Shown here: positions 1 to 9,308 of the stretch, piece after piece
Numbering within the stretch: position 1 is the first letter of the stretch
Layout of the letters: each line of letters opens with the position of its first letter
Source of the DNA: a virus
Reading direction: 5' to 3' (one strand)
Length of the DNA stretch: 64,000 nucleotides
IMG/VR virus record: IMGVR_UViG_3300021963_000029
Span: 32,001-96,000 of that record
The notes under the pieces: generated by a model
The model's input: the letters and a program-made list of their open reading frames with translations, nothing else
What the model was told of the DNA's origin: nothing
Databases searched by the model: none
Program-made: the position numbers and the translations under genes

Positions 1-1255
1 GAGTGCTATAATCCTTTCCTCCAGTTAGGGAGTATGATTTGTTGCCAATTGAATTGAATGTGGTGTTCTCTGCATTGACTCCCCAAATGCCTGAGGACTC
101 TGATTGAAGTGTATAACCTGAAGTAAACTTAACTGATACTGGATCCACACCCCAATATGCATCAGTGGAATCCCCAGGAGATTTTCCTGCATAAATGTAT
201 GCTGAATTTACAGCAATATAATCTTTGTAGTATACTGAAGTTGATGGAGATACTTTAGTATCAAGTGCCTTAGATAGATTTACAAACTTCTCAAGAATTG
301 TTTGTGGAGTTCCTGAGATGTTGTTTGACTTCTTGCTATCAATAACAACCACATGCATAGCATCATTGCCACCATTTCTATCAGTGACATAAGCATTTGC
401 AGTTGGTTTAGGAGCAATGCTTCTCCAAGATACAGTTACAGAATCTCCTCTTGCAGTATCAAGAATATTTTGACTGTTGTACCAATCTTCTACTGCAGTA
501 GGTGAAACTGTTGAAGTGGTTACTCCAGCATTAGTTTTTACTGTAACTGCTGCAGAAGTAACTCCTGCTCCTACTCTAAATGCATAAGCACCATTTTCTG
601 TGTAATCTTGAGAGGATGCTGTTCCATTTAATACTTTTCCTGTAACTCTTACATAAGCTACAGATGCTCCAAGACCAGTGATTACTCCTTCAATGTACCC
701 TGTTGGGGTTGAAGTTGTTCCAACACCAGCAATGGTTCCTGTAACTGCTTGAGTTACAGCATATCCAACTGCAAGGTTGGTTGTGTTAATTCCTGACAGA
801 TTTTGATCTGCAAAGTGGTCAATAACACATACTTTTAAATCTTCTGCCCAATAACCTGGGTTCTTTGCAGCAAAGTACCAAGTGGTATCATCTGCATGAT
901 CTTCTTGGTAATCTTCAAAGTTTTGTACAGTAAGATCTGTTAATGCTGAAACTCCAGCACCAGCATTAGCATTTCTTAAGTTATCTCCTGGGGCTCTTAC
1001 AACTCTTAAGCTGCCACCATAGGAGAGGAAGTTAGATGCAGAATACCAATACTCATAATGGTAGTTGTTGAGTGATGGTGTTCCAAAAGTTCTTTTTAAT
1101 TCATCTTCAGTCCTGATAGTAACAATCTGATTTACAGGACCTTTTGCAAAAGGAGCGGCGATACCTGCTGCTAAAGAAGTGGTATTCTGGATCCCACCCC
1201 TTGTTAGGTCTACCTCTCTTACATTGATACCTGGAGATGCTAAGCGTAACGCCAT
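1..1255 (-). CDS. gp18: Tail sheath protein (T4 gp18-like), truncated by the left window edge
   Basis: Not in the ORF track. Manual translation from ATG at 1255 gives MALRLASPGINVREVDLTRGG...APFAKGPVNQIV...YSASNFLSYGGSLRVVRA, the typical gp18 N-terminus. AGAGGAG SD upstream; follows gp17 in T4 gene order. Confidence 0.93.
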   Translation of the reverse strand, partial: MALRLASPGINVREVDLTRGGIQNTTSLAAGIAAPFAKGPVNQIVTIRTEDELKRTFGTPSLNNYHYEYWYSASNFLSYGGSLRVVRAPGDNLRNANAGAGVSALTDLTVQNFEDYQEDHADDTTWYFAAKNPGYWAEDLKVCVIDHFADQNLSGINTTNLAVGYAVTQAVTGTIAGVGTTSTPTGYIEGVITGLGASVAYVRVTGKVLNGTASSQDYTENGAYAFRVGAGVTSAAVTVKTNAGVTTSTVSPTAVEDWYNSQNILDTARGDSVTVSWRSIAPKPTANAYVTDRNGGNDAMHVVVIDSKKSNNISGTPQTILEKFVNLSKALDTKVSPSTSVYYKDYIAVNSAYIYAGKSPGDSTDAYWGVDPVSVKFTSGYTLQSESSGIWGVNAENTTFNSIGNKSYSLTGGKDYST

Positions 1256-1289
1256 TTTGACTCCTCTAGTGCTTCATTTGCTCTAAATG

Positions 1290-1297
1290 TATTTATA
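1290..1297 (-). promoter_or_regulatory. T4-type late promoter TATAAATA upstream of gp18
   Basis: Exact TATAAATA on the minus strand, 35 nt upstream of the gp18 start. Confidence 0.8.
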
Positions 1298-1335
1298 ATT
1301 TGCAACTTTTTTGGTGGGGAAACAGTGCATGAACA

Positions 1336-1566
1336 TTACCAGTCTGGGTACTGCCACTCAATAGGGTCCCATTTTTGTTTTCTTTTTTGAACAATTCTTT
1401 TGACTGTGCAAGTTTTGCACTCATAAGAATATGATGATGGATATGCTCCTCTGTCTTTTCTAGTTTGGTAAAAATCAGTTAGAAGATCTTTTTCTTTTCC
1501 ACAAGACCTACATTTTCTACTGGAAAAAAGTAAGTGTTCTAGAGTAAAAAGATGTTCTACATCCAT
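1336..1566 (-). CDS. Small CxxC...CxxC zinc-binding hypothetical protein
   Basis: KCRSCGKEK...YECKTC; abuts the gp17 stop; similar motif in 49940-50086. Confidence 0.7.
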   Translation of the reverse strand: MDVEHLFTLEHLLFSSRKCRSCGKEKDLLTDFYQTRKDRGAYPSSYSYECKTCTVKRIVQKRKQKWDPIEWQYPDW

Positions 1567-3215
1567 TACCTATATTCCCACATGTATGACATATCTCCAT
1601 ATTCATCTATATGCCATACATCTCCATCAGCATCTACTTCTGCTGTTAATGCTTCTGTACCATCCAATATAAACCCAAAAGGAGCCATATCTTGCTCAAT
1701 TTGATTTTTCTGTTCTTCATATAATCTTTTTCTAACATCTTGTTCTGTAAGTTCTTTGAAGTAATCTTGTGCAACTAACCAAGCATAAATGACAAGACAC
1801 ATTGCCAAGTCATCATTACAACCTTCCTCTGCTTCAAATGAGTTATGCTTTTGAATAAAAGTAGTTAGTTCACTAATAATTTCATAGTCACTGAAGATAA
1901 GTTTATCTTCCTCAATCATAGTTTTCAAGTTAAGGCAACCAACTTTCTTAACTGTCTTAGACATCTTTAATCCAAGTTGGGTTTTCTTGCCAGAGAATCC
2001 TTGACCTACAATTTGTCCTGCTCTGCCTCTCATAGAGCACATAAGCAAGTTTTGGTACTCCAGATCATATTGTATGATTGCTGCTACCTGATCCCCCACA
2101 TCATTAACCTCACAGAGGATGTAAGCATTGTTATATGCTTTTGCTACATCTGCAATAACATTAGGGAACAACATAGGTTTAATTTCATTGTTCCTATACT
2201 TACCAACTATCTTGTGTGGGAAAGAAGTAATATCATAAATGACAAATGCTGAATAGTCATTGCCAACTCCTCTGGCAACATCAACTGTCATCAGATAATC
2301 TCTATCGTCTTTTGGGTCTTCATAAACATCCAATCCTTTGCTTCTCTTAATTGGATCATCATAGACCAGTGTTTTGAGTTTGCTTGGTGCAATAAGAGTA
2401 TCTACAGACCCTAAGAATTCGCACTCAAACTCAGTCTTAAACTGCTGTTCTGAGGTGTTTGATATTGTTTCCTGCTTCCACTTATCATCTCTTCCTGGGA
2501 CCTCTGACCAGTGAACATCAGTGGGAACATAAGCATTCTTTTCTCTTTCTGCATCATGCCACATCCTGTAGAAATGGTTCATCCCATTTGGGGTAGAAAC
2601 TATGATGACTTTTGTGCTCTGACCAGAAGAAATAGTAGGATAAACAGATGCAAAGAATTGGTCTGCAATATGGTTTGGAATGAATGCGAATTCATCAAGG
2701 AATATGATATTATAGGATCCACCTCTGACAGCACTTGCAGATGTAGAAGCTGCCAATATCTTTGACCCATTTTCCAACTCCATAGAACCTTTATTCCATG
2801 CTAAGATACCCTGCTGCAACCACTTTGGCAGGTTCTCATACGCAGTTTGTAATCTTGATAATAAATCTCTTGCAGTTGATGCTTTGTTTGCAAGAATGGC
2901 AATATTTACATTATCATTAAAAATTGCATAATGTAAAAGATAAGATACAACAGTTGTAGATTTACCTGTCTGACGAGGCATTTTACAAATGTTAAATCTG
3001 TTATTGTGGAAGTTTCTAATTAACTTCTCTTGGAAATGATATGGTTTGAATAATTGCAAACCATGATCAAGAGTTACAATCTGAACATAGTTTTTTGAAA
3101 AATATACAGGATCATTCTTACACTTAACAAATTCAATAATTTGTTCTTGTGTGAACTCAATTGCAGTATTGGCTTTTTTTAATAGAGGATTGCCAAGATA
3201 TACATTATCACTCAT
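1566..3215 (-). CDS. gp17: Terminase large subunit (T4 gp17-like)
   Basis: YLGNPLLK N-terminus, Walker A PRQTGKST, Walker B IIFLDEFAF, nuclease motifs VDVARG and NDDLAM. Confidence 0.97.
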   Translation of the reverse strand: MSDNVYLGNPLLKKANTAIEFTQEQIIEFVKCKNDPVYFSKNYVQIVTLDHGLQLFKPYHFQEKLIRNFHNNRFNICKMPRQTGKSTTVVSYLLHYAIFNDNVNIAILANKASTARDLLSRLQTAYENLPKWLQQGILAWNKGSMELENGSKILAASTSASAVRGGSYNIIFLDEFAFIPNHIADQFFASVYPTISSGQSTKVIIVSTPNGMNHFYRMWHDAEREKNAYVPTDVHWSEVPGRDDKWKQETISNTSEQQFKTEFECEFLGSVDTLIAPSKLKTLVYDDPIKRSKGLDVYEDPKDDRDYLMTVDVARGVGNDYSAFVIYDITSFPHKIVGKYRNNEIKPMLFPNVIADVAKAYNNAYILCEVNDVGDQVAAIIQYDLEYQNLLMCSMRGRAGQIVGQGFSGKKTQLGLKMSKTVKKVGCLNLKTMIEEDKLIFSDYEIISELTTFIQKHNSFEAEEGCNDDLAMCLVIYAWLVAQDYFKELTEQDVRKRLYEEQKNQIEQDMAPFGFILDGTEALTAEVDADGDVWHIDEYGDMSYMWEYR

Positions 3216-3221
3216 AAATTA

Positions 3222-4478
3222 TCAGCAATTCCAAGCTCTAAGGGACTTATTAATTCTGCTATTTGGATCTCTAGCAGTCTTTGCACTAGTACGCTTATTC
3301 TTCATGCCTCTCATTCTTGCACAGAATGATGCTCTTCTAGGATTGCCAACTTTCTTTGAGGGTGCTTTTAAATCACTACCAGGATTCTCTCTTTCATATG
3401 ACTTTCTTCCCTTTTCATTTAATCCACCTTCTTTATTCTTACCCTCCTTTCTTTGCCATGCAGCAACTTCAGTAATGAAGTCATTGTATGATTTTTGCTC
3501 AGTGGTAGATTTGATTTCTTTTACTTTTTTATCTTTAGATGCAATGTATTTAATTTTTGATTTTCCAGTTTTGCTAGATTCCCATGGGTTTAATTTTGCA
3601 CCAGGAGTTGCTGGGAATGCTTCTCCTAGTTCTCCAAGTGCCTTTGCTTTACGAACTTTCTTTGCTCTTAATTTACCACCAGGATAGTTTCTTTCATCAT
3701 TACCTTCAAAGTCAGGATCTACATTAGCACGATGCCTTGCTGCTCTTTCTGGAGAAAGTCTATCTGTGTGAATATCTTTTCTACGATTTGGAGAAAGTTT
3801 TTCTGCTTTTCTTTTTGCTGATCTCTCAACTTTTTTTCTTTGTGCTTGGAATGCTTTCATATCCATGCCTTCAGAAACATCCTCATCACTTTGCATATAT
3901 TCTGCTGCAGTATCAATAAAGTCTGCTGCTCTGGTAATCTTTGATTGTACCCAAGCAGGGATTTGCTGATCACCTTTCTTAATCTTACTTCTTAGGATAT
4001 TAACTGCTCTTTCAATTTGATCAAACTCAACTCTTGCCATATATCCCTCTTCATCCTTTTTCTTACCACTTGCAATTTCTTTGTGGTCTTCATGAATCTT
4101 AGATTCATTTGCTGGATGAATTTTGGCAATAGTATACTTGTCCCACATAGAGGGACCCCATGAGCACTCTTCTCTTTTTTCGTTCTTTTTACAAAGCAGA
4201 CAATACTTTGTATCTTTTTTGTATTGCTCTTCTGGAGTAGTTTCTTCTTTCATGGGTTTTTTCTTTTCTACTTTTTTAAGTCTTGTGTAGTAGTCTGGAA
4301 GTTCATCTACATGTTGTAGTGCAGTAATCCTTGCCCCACTCTTACTAGTAGTATGCTCTCCCTCAACTTCAGTTCCAATTTTTACCTGCTGCACAATTTT
4401 ATCTAGAGTGACTTTGTGCTTTTTAGCTAATTCCTCTGGAGTTTTATATGCTTTTACAGGACCTTTTGGATCTTTCAT
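3222..4478 (-). CDS. Basic multi-module virion/internal-head-like protein (DUF5661-like N-terminus, DUF6321-like C-terminus)
   Basis: Modules GTEVEGEHT...ALQHVDELPDYYTRL and AWQRKEGKN...RRASFCARM...SLRAWNC recalled from T4-like cyanophage proteins; lies between gp16 and gp17. Confidence 0.6.
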   Translation of the reverse strand: MKDPKGPVKAYKTPEELAKKHKVTLDKIVQQVKIGTEVEGEHTTSKSGARITALQHVDELPDYYTRLKKVEKKKPMKEETTPEEQYKKDTKYCLLCKKNEKREECSWGPSMWDKYTIAKIHPANESKIHEDHKEIASGKKKDEEGYMARVEFDQIERAVNILRSKIKKGDQQIPAWVQSKITRAADFIDTAAEYMQSDEDVSEGMDMKAFQAQRKKVERSAKRKAEKLSPNRRKDIHTDRLSPERAARHRANVDPDFEGNDERNYPGGKLRAKKVRKAKALGELGEAFPATPGAKLNPWESSKTGKSKIKYIASKDKKVKEIKSTTEQKSYNDFITEVAAWQRKEGKNKEGGLNEKGRKSYERENPGSDLKAPSKKVGNPRRASFCARMRGMKNKRTSAKTARDPNSRINKSLRAWNC

Positions 4479-4488
4479 TGTGTATAGA

Positions 4489-4905
4489 TTATTCCTCTAT
4501 ATTATTTAGAAGACCTTGTTTTATGAGTTTAGATAGTTCTGCTGTGGATCCCACAAACAGAGAGTTGTTGACTGTTGTAGGTCCTTTCTGAGGGGCATCA
4601 AGGTCTTTCATCTTCTTCTGCAGATCCATCAGTTTATCACTTACATCTCCAACAGACTTAATAAGTTGTCCTGCAACTTCATATGCTCTTGGGTGTCCAG
4701 ATTCTTGAGCAAGTTCTAAGATGCCATTGATTGCTTCTTGACCCTTTTCAATCAGACTATAGAGATTGCCTCTTGTATACTCATAGTCTTTTTGAGGATC
4801 ATCTGGAACTTCTGCTTGTTTTACTGGGGCAGGTTCTACCTGGACAATTTTAGTTTCAATGTCCAGTGCTTGTTCAATTTCTTCATACTTGTCTTTCATA
4901 ATCAA
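4489..4905 (-). CDS. gp16: Terminase small subunit (gp16-like)
   Basis: DYEYTRGNLYSLIEKG...HPRAYEVAGQLIK...NNSLFVGST, cyanophage gp16 signature; synteny. Confidence 0.9.
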   Translation of the reverse strand: MIMKDKYEEIEQALDIETKIVQVEPAPVKQAEVPDDPQKDYEYTRGNLYSLIEKGQEAINGILELAQESGHPRAYEVAGQLIKSVGDVSDKLMDLQKKMKDLDAPQKGPTTVNNSLFVGSTAELSKLIKQGLLNNIEE

Positions 4906-5756
4906 ATATCCACATCATTTCCTTGACTTGTACTGTATGTCTTAAAGTCTACAAATTCCTCTATCATATCATTAAATCCAAAGTCATCTCCAAGTTCAAT
5001 TAAACCATCATCTACAGTATCAATTACATTGTCTCCATTATAATCTTCAAGTGCCTTTGGAGTTACTGTGTATCTAACTTCTCTCTTAGCATTTAGAAGT
5101 GCATTGGTAGCATAATCAACTTGCACCTTCTTGATGAGACCTTGATCATCAGATGGGATTTCATTGAATAGATAAGTTTTTGCAGTAAAGTTTAAGGTAT
5201 AAGTTATCAGTCTTCTAGTTGAATAGTCTCCTTCATAATCATCTCTAAACCCAATTCTATTAAGAACTATAGGAATATCTCTCTTCTCTCCAATGGTAGG
5301 AATCATATTCACTGTCACATTGAATGATGGTTGGAAGTATGGTAGAATTTGTTCTACAATCTGCAACACATCATCTTGAACTTTTGCTAGAATGTTTAGT
5401 TCAAACCCAAGATTGTATGGGACTGGCATGTACACTCTTTTGTATGAACTGCCATCAGATGCTTCTGCAGTCTTAAAGGTTTGGATTGCAGATGCTTTTC
5501 TAGTAGGGTCATAATCAATAGATACCATTTCAAAAGACATTCTAGGTAAAGTAATTGCAATCTTTCTGTCTCCAGAAGGATTTTGCTCTAACCTAGCAAG
5601 GAACTTTTGAGTTGGTCCATAAGCAAGAGGAACCTTTAATACTGACAATGGATTGTCATTGTCATCAAATCTTCTGATTTGAATGTTATTAAATAAAGTG
5701 CCAAATGCAATTACAGTTTTGCTTATGGACTTGTGATAAAAATAATTACCAAGCAT
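4902..5756 (-). CDS. gp15: Tail sheath stabiliser / tail terminator (gp15-like)
   Basis: YFYH..I.KTVIAFGTLFNNI, VPLAYGP.QKFLARL, LPRMSFE, EQILPYFQP. Confidence 0.93.
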   Translation of the reverse strand: MLGNYFYHKSISKTVIAFGTLFNNIQIRRFDDNDNPLSVLKVPLAYGPTQKFLARLEQNPSGDRKIAITLPRMSFEMVSIDYDPTRKASAIQTFKTAEASDGSSYKRVYMPVPYNLGFELNILAKVQDDVLQIVEQILPYFQPSFNVTVNMIPTIGEKRDIPIVLNRIGFRDDYEGDYSTRRLITYTLNFTAKTYLFNEIPSDDQGLIKKVQVDYATNALLNAKREVRYTVTPKALEDYNGDNVIDTVDDGLIELGDDFGFNDMIEEFVDFKTYSTSQGNDVDI

Positions 5757-5772
5757 TTTATAAAACCTTTAT

Positions 5773-6003
5773 TTAATATTTAACTCTTCTGGGATATAGT
5801 AATCCAAGTTGAGGTCTCTTTGCTCTCAAATAGTCTGCAGTTTGTTGATTAGAACTTAAATCTAAATTTCCAAGACTAACAGTTCCATTGCTAACTTCTA
5901 GTGTAAAACTAGCAGTAGATTGTGGCAATAATGCCAAAGTGGAACCAAGAGAAACCAAAGTTGTTGTAGTTATTCCTAACTGTATTGAAGTGTAGTCTGC
6001 CAT
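5773..6003 (-). CDS. Hypothetical protein, fibre-module associated
   Basis: ORF coupled to the 484-aa gene (shared boundary at 6003). Confidence 0.6.
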   Translation of the reverse strand: MADYTSIQLGITTTTLVSLGSTLALLPQSTASFTLEVSNGTVSLGNLDLSSNQQTADYLRAKRPQLGLLYPRRVKY

Positions 6004-7457
6004 TAGGTTGTTCTAGCACAGAACAGAATTCCACGAGTTCTTTCATCTTGTCTGTAAGAACCAGTAATAACTGTATAAACTTCAGCACCACTGATAGTAA
6101 CAGTGTCTCCTTGTTGAATATTTGCAGAAGGTGCAGAATATTCAAACTGGATTAATACAAAATCATCAGGAATATAATATGGAACTGGAATTAGATTCAT
6201 ATTAATTGGAATTCCTTTGATGACTGCATTATAAGATCCACCTCTTGCAGCATCTCTGTAATAAATTGAAGGATTGTCTTGTACTGAACCACTTGTAGAA
6301 TCTGAAGTTGGTGAAAAATATCTTGTTTTTTTATAAACTTCACTGTAATAACCACTTTCAAGTTGAAGATATCCATATTCAGCAGTTCTAGATGTTCCTT
6401 GAAATGAACCAAGTTGTTGCAATCCAGAACATTCTGTAATAAAGTCTAAGTATGCTTGGCCACTAGCATCTGAAGGACTAGGAACTATTTTAGTTGCTCC
6501 ACCCAAGAATACAGAATCATAATCCCATAAAGTTGAAGTAAAGTTATGGACAAAAAATGTAAGAAATGTATTGTCTCTTAATTTTGTAGAAGATAGTGTT
6601 GGTTGAGTATAGGAAAATACTGCAAAATTAGGATCTATTCCAGATCTATAAATTTTCAAACTTAGTCCATAAGAATTTGAGGAAGCAATAGTTTCATTTG
6701 CAAATTGATAAACCTGATTTCCTGCCATTCTATCATTATTAATATCAAACCAATATGCATTAGTACTAGTATTCCAAGTAATGTCTGTTATTGGATTTGT
6801 CCCATTACCATTACTATTTCCTGCAAATCTATTTCCATAACCAACACCAGCAGCAATAGTTTGCTGATTTGTATTTGCAACATCAAATGGTTGGAATCCA
6901 CTTCCTGCAAATATTGACAATAGATTATCTGAATTTACTTGGAAGGCTCTGTAAGTATCTCCATATCTTTTGTTTGCTTGGATTTGATGCCTAACAACAC
7001 CCCAAGGATAAGATGCCCCAGAGGTTACATTTTTATCATAATAAGTTGTAGTGCTTCCAAAACTAGTAGATGTTGTTCCAACAGAAACTACAAGATTTGT
7101 AGCACCATTTGCAACTCCTCCAATAGCAGATGCTGGTAAAGTTGCTACTTCACCATCAGTATATCCATATCCAGGACGATTGACCCAAATTCCATAGATA
7201 GTTCCCCCAGCTCTGTATACATTAAAAGATGCTCCTGATCCAATTCCACTTGTTGAAGTTGGAGAAACATCTTCATAATAGATTCCACCTAAATTGCTTA
7301 TTGTTCCACCACCAGATTGCACAGTAACTGAGGTTACTAAACCTGATCTAGCAGAACCATGCCAACCCAACCAAGAAAAAGCCTCTTCCAATTGGATAAT
7401 TACATCAGTTCTAGCCCATCCTACTGATTTTGAAATTGTAGTTGTCGTAATTGCCAT
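6003..7457 (-). CDS. Virion structural / fibre-associated protein
   Basis: Gly/Ser/Thr-rich, beta-rich composition; GYGYTDGE-type repeat typical of cyanophage structural proteins; inserted between gp14 and gp15. Confidence 0.55.
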   Translation of the reverse strand: MAITTTTISKSVGWARTDVIIQLEEAFSWLGWHGSARSGLVTSVTVQSGGGTISNLGGIYYEDVSPTSTSGIGSGASFNVYRAGGTIYGIWVNRPGYGYTDGEVATLPASAIGGVANGATNLVVSVGTTSTSFGSTTTYYDKNVTSGASYPWGVVRHQIQANKRYGDTYRAFQVNSDNLLSIFAGSGFQPFDVANTNQQTIAAGVGYGNRFAGNSNGNGTNPITDITWNTSTNAYWFDINNDRMAGNQVYQFANETIASSNSYGLSLKIYRSGIDPNFAVFSYTQPTLSSTKLRDNTFLTFFVHNFTSTLWDYDSVFLGGATKIVPSPSDASGQAYLDFITECSGLQQLGSFQGTSRTAEYGYLQLESGYYSEVYKKTRYFSPTSDSTSGSVQDNPSIYYRDAARGGSYNAVIKGIPINMNLIPVPYYIPDDFVLIQFEYSAPSANIQQGDTVTISGAEVYTVITGSYRQDERTRGILFCARTT

Positions 7458-7464
7458 TTGGAAA

Positions 7465-9282
7465 TTAAGCCTCCAGTTTTAAGATTGTTAATTCTGCTGT
7501 GATTGTTGTTGTAACCCCAGAGAGGTTTTGAACTGAAATATACATGGTGCTATTCACAGGATCATTTAAATTTCCACCAAGAACAAAAGGAGAAATGATT
7601 TGTGTTGTTGAAACTCCAGTGGTAACCAGTTCAGCAATAATTCCACTACCAGCAGTTGGATCTTCTCCTATACTTCTATTTAAATCATTAGATCTGGATG
7701 TACTATCAGTATATAGTCTAAACCAACCTGCTGTAGACAAACCAACCTTCATTAAGGCATATGATTTAAACCCAGTAATGTTTGCTGTTCCAATTCCATT
7801 GTTTACAATAGAAGTGGTTGCTCCAGATACTACTGATCTTGTTTTTAAAGTATTGTCTCCAACAAATGAAGAACCAGTAACAACTCCAACAAAAGAAGCA
7901 CCAGCAGAACCTTTAATTTCACCATTTACAGTGAGAGTACTTTCTGCATTAGTTGTTGCTATACCTACATTAGATAGTGTATGGATGCCTGTTGAATTAG
8001 TTCTCCAAACTGGTTGAAGAAGTAATTGATTATTTTTATAAAGATTTCCACTAAAGTTAATATTACCATTAACATCTAAAGTGGTAATTGGATCATTTGT
8101 ATTGATACCAACTAAAACTGTAGTGTGAATTCCTGCAGAGGCACCAACAGTTGCACTCCAATAAGATGCACCTTGTGGACCTCTTTCTCCTGTAGGTCCT
8201 TGAGGTCCTCCTGCTGGTCCTGCTGGTCCTTGATCTCCAGTAATTCCTTGGAAACCTTGAGATCCTTGAGGACCTCTAAACCCTTGAAATCCTTGTGGAC
8301 CTTGAATGCCCTGAGGTCCAACTGGACCTTGTGGACCTTGTGGTCCTATTCCTTGTGGTCCTTGTGGTCCTTGGAATCCCACAGATCCAGTAAATCCTTG
8401 GGACCCTTGAGGTCCTTGAGATCCTTGAGAACCTTGAGAACCTTGAGGTCCTTGAACCCCTTGAGGTCCTCTAAATCCCTGAGAACCTTGAACTCCTTGT
8501 GCTCCTTGGAATCCTATTGTACCTTGAGGACCTCTAATGCCCTGAAATCCTTGAGGTCCATATGTTCCTTGGGGTCCAATAGATCCTTGAAGTCCTTGAA
8601 CACCTTGTAATCCAGTTTCTCCTTGAGGTCCTCTAAATCCTTGAAATCCTTGAGGACCTATATACCCAACTTCTCTTATATTAATTGTCCCTTGCATTGG
8701 GGAATGGTTTTGGCAAATATAATATAGAGTTTCTGGAGCATCATTTGGAACTGTGAAAATTAAAGTTCCAGTTTGAACACCATTATTTTCTACCCCAGTA
8801 TTGTAAGATGTTGTTGTAATGCCAGTTTCTGCTACTGTTTTAATCCAAAATGGATGACCTGAAGCATTAACATTAAAAAAGTAAGTGAATCCTCTAGCTA
8901 AAGTTAATGTTGGATTAGTAGAAATTCCTAAAATTGATGGGTTAAAAATATATCCACTTGATCCGCTGTTTGTAATAGAAAAGGATATTCCGCCTGCAAC
9001 TCCTTGAGGACCCTGTGGTCCACTAGAACCTTGAGCTCCAACATTACCAAGACCTCCTTGAGCACCTTGAGGTCCAATATTACCTTGTAGTCCTTGTGCA
9101 CCTTGGGGTCCTTGAGGTCCTATTGCACCAGCAGTTCCTTGAAATCCTGTTAAATTTACTCCATCGCCAAAGGTTGTATAAATTTCAGTAAAATTAGAAT
9201 TTATCTTGGAAGCACCTGCTGCAAGAGTATCCCCAGTGCCATCATTTGGTGTAGTTCCTGTAGATATAATTTGCTTTGACAT
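7465..9282 (-). CDS. Collagen-like tail/baseplate fibre with gp9/gp10-type N-terminal anchor and cupredoxin-like domain
   Basis: N-terminus MSKQIISTGTTPNDGTGDTL...KINSNFTEIY; long G-X-Q repeats; domain GHPFWIK...YYICQNHSPMQGTI. Confidence 0.85.
   Translation of the reverse strand: MSKQIISTGTTPNDGTGDTLAAGASKINSNFTEIYTTFGDGVNLTGFQGTAGAIGPQGPQGAQGLQGNIGPQGAQGGLGNVGAQGSSGPQGPQGVAGGISFSITNSGSSGYIFNPSILGISTNPTLTLARGFTYFFNVNASGHPFWIKTVAETGITTTSYNTGVENNGVQTGTLIFTVPNDAPETLYYICQNHSPMQGTINIREVGYIGPQGFQGFRGPQGETGLQGVQGLQGSIGPQGTYGPQGFQGIRGPQGTIGFQGAQGVQGSQGFRGPQGVQGPQGSQGSQGSQGPQGSQGFTGSVGFQGPQGPQGIGPQGPQGPVGPQGIQGPQGFQGFRGPQGSQGFQGITGDQGPAGPAGGPQGPTGERGPQGASYWSATVGASAGIHTTVLVGINTNDPITTLDVNGNINFSGNLYKNNQLLLQPVWRTNSTGIHTLSNVGIATTNAESTLTVNGEIKGSAGASFVGVVTGSSFVGDNTLKTRSVVSGATTSIVNNGIGTANITGFKSYALMKVGLSTAGWFRLYTDSTSRSNDLNRSIGEDPTAGSGIIAELVTTGVSTTQIISPFVLGGNLNDPVNSTMYISVQNLSGVTTTITAELTILKLEA
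8170..8660 (-). repeat. Collagen Gly-X-Gln tandem codon repeat
   Basis: 9-nt periodic ccttgaggt/ccttgagaa/ccttgtggt units encoding GPQ/GSQ/GFQ; boundaries approximate. Confidence 0.9.
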
Positions 9283-9308
9283 TATAAGTCGCAGTTTATT
9301 TTATTTAG

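Noticed and set aside
1336-1566. Homing endonuclease or intron next to gp17
   Set aside because: Only 76 aa with CxxC pairs and no HNH, GIY-YIG or LAGLIDADG catalytic motif; gp17 and the other core genes appear uninterrupted.
8112-8321. Alternative-frame ORFs over the collagen repeats (also 63282-63782)
   Set aside because: These are frame-shifted readings of the 9-nt repeat (KDLKV/HKDLK), not independent genes.
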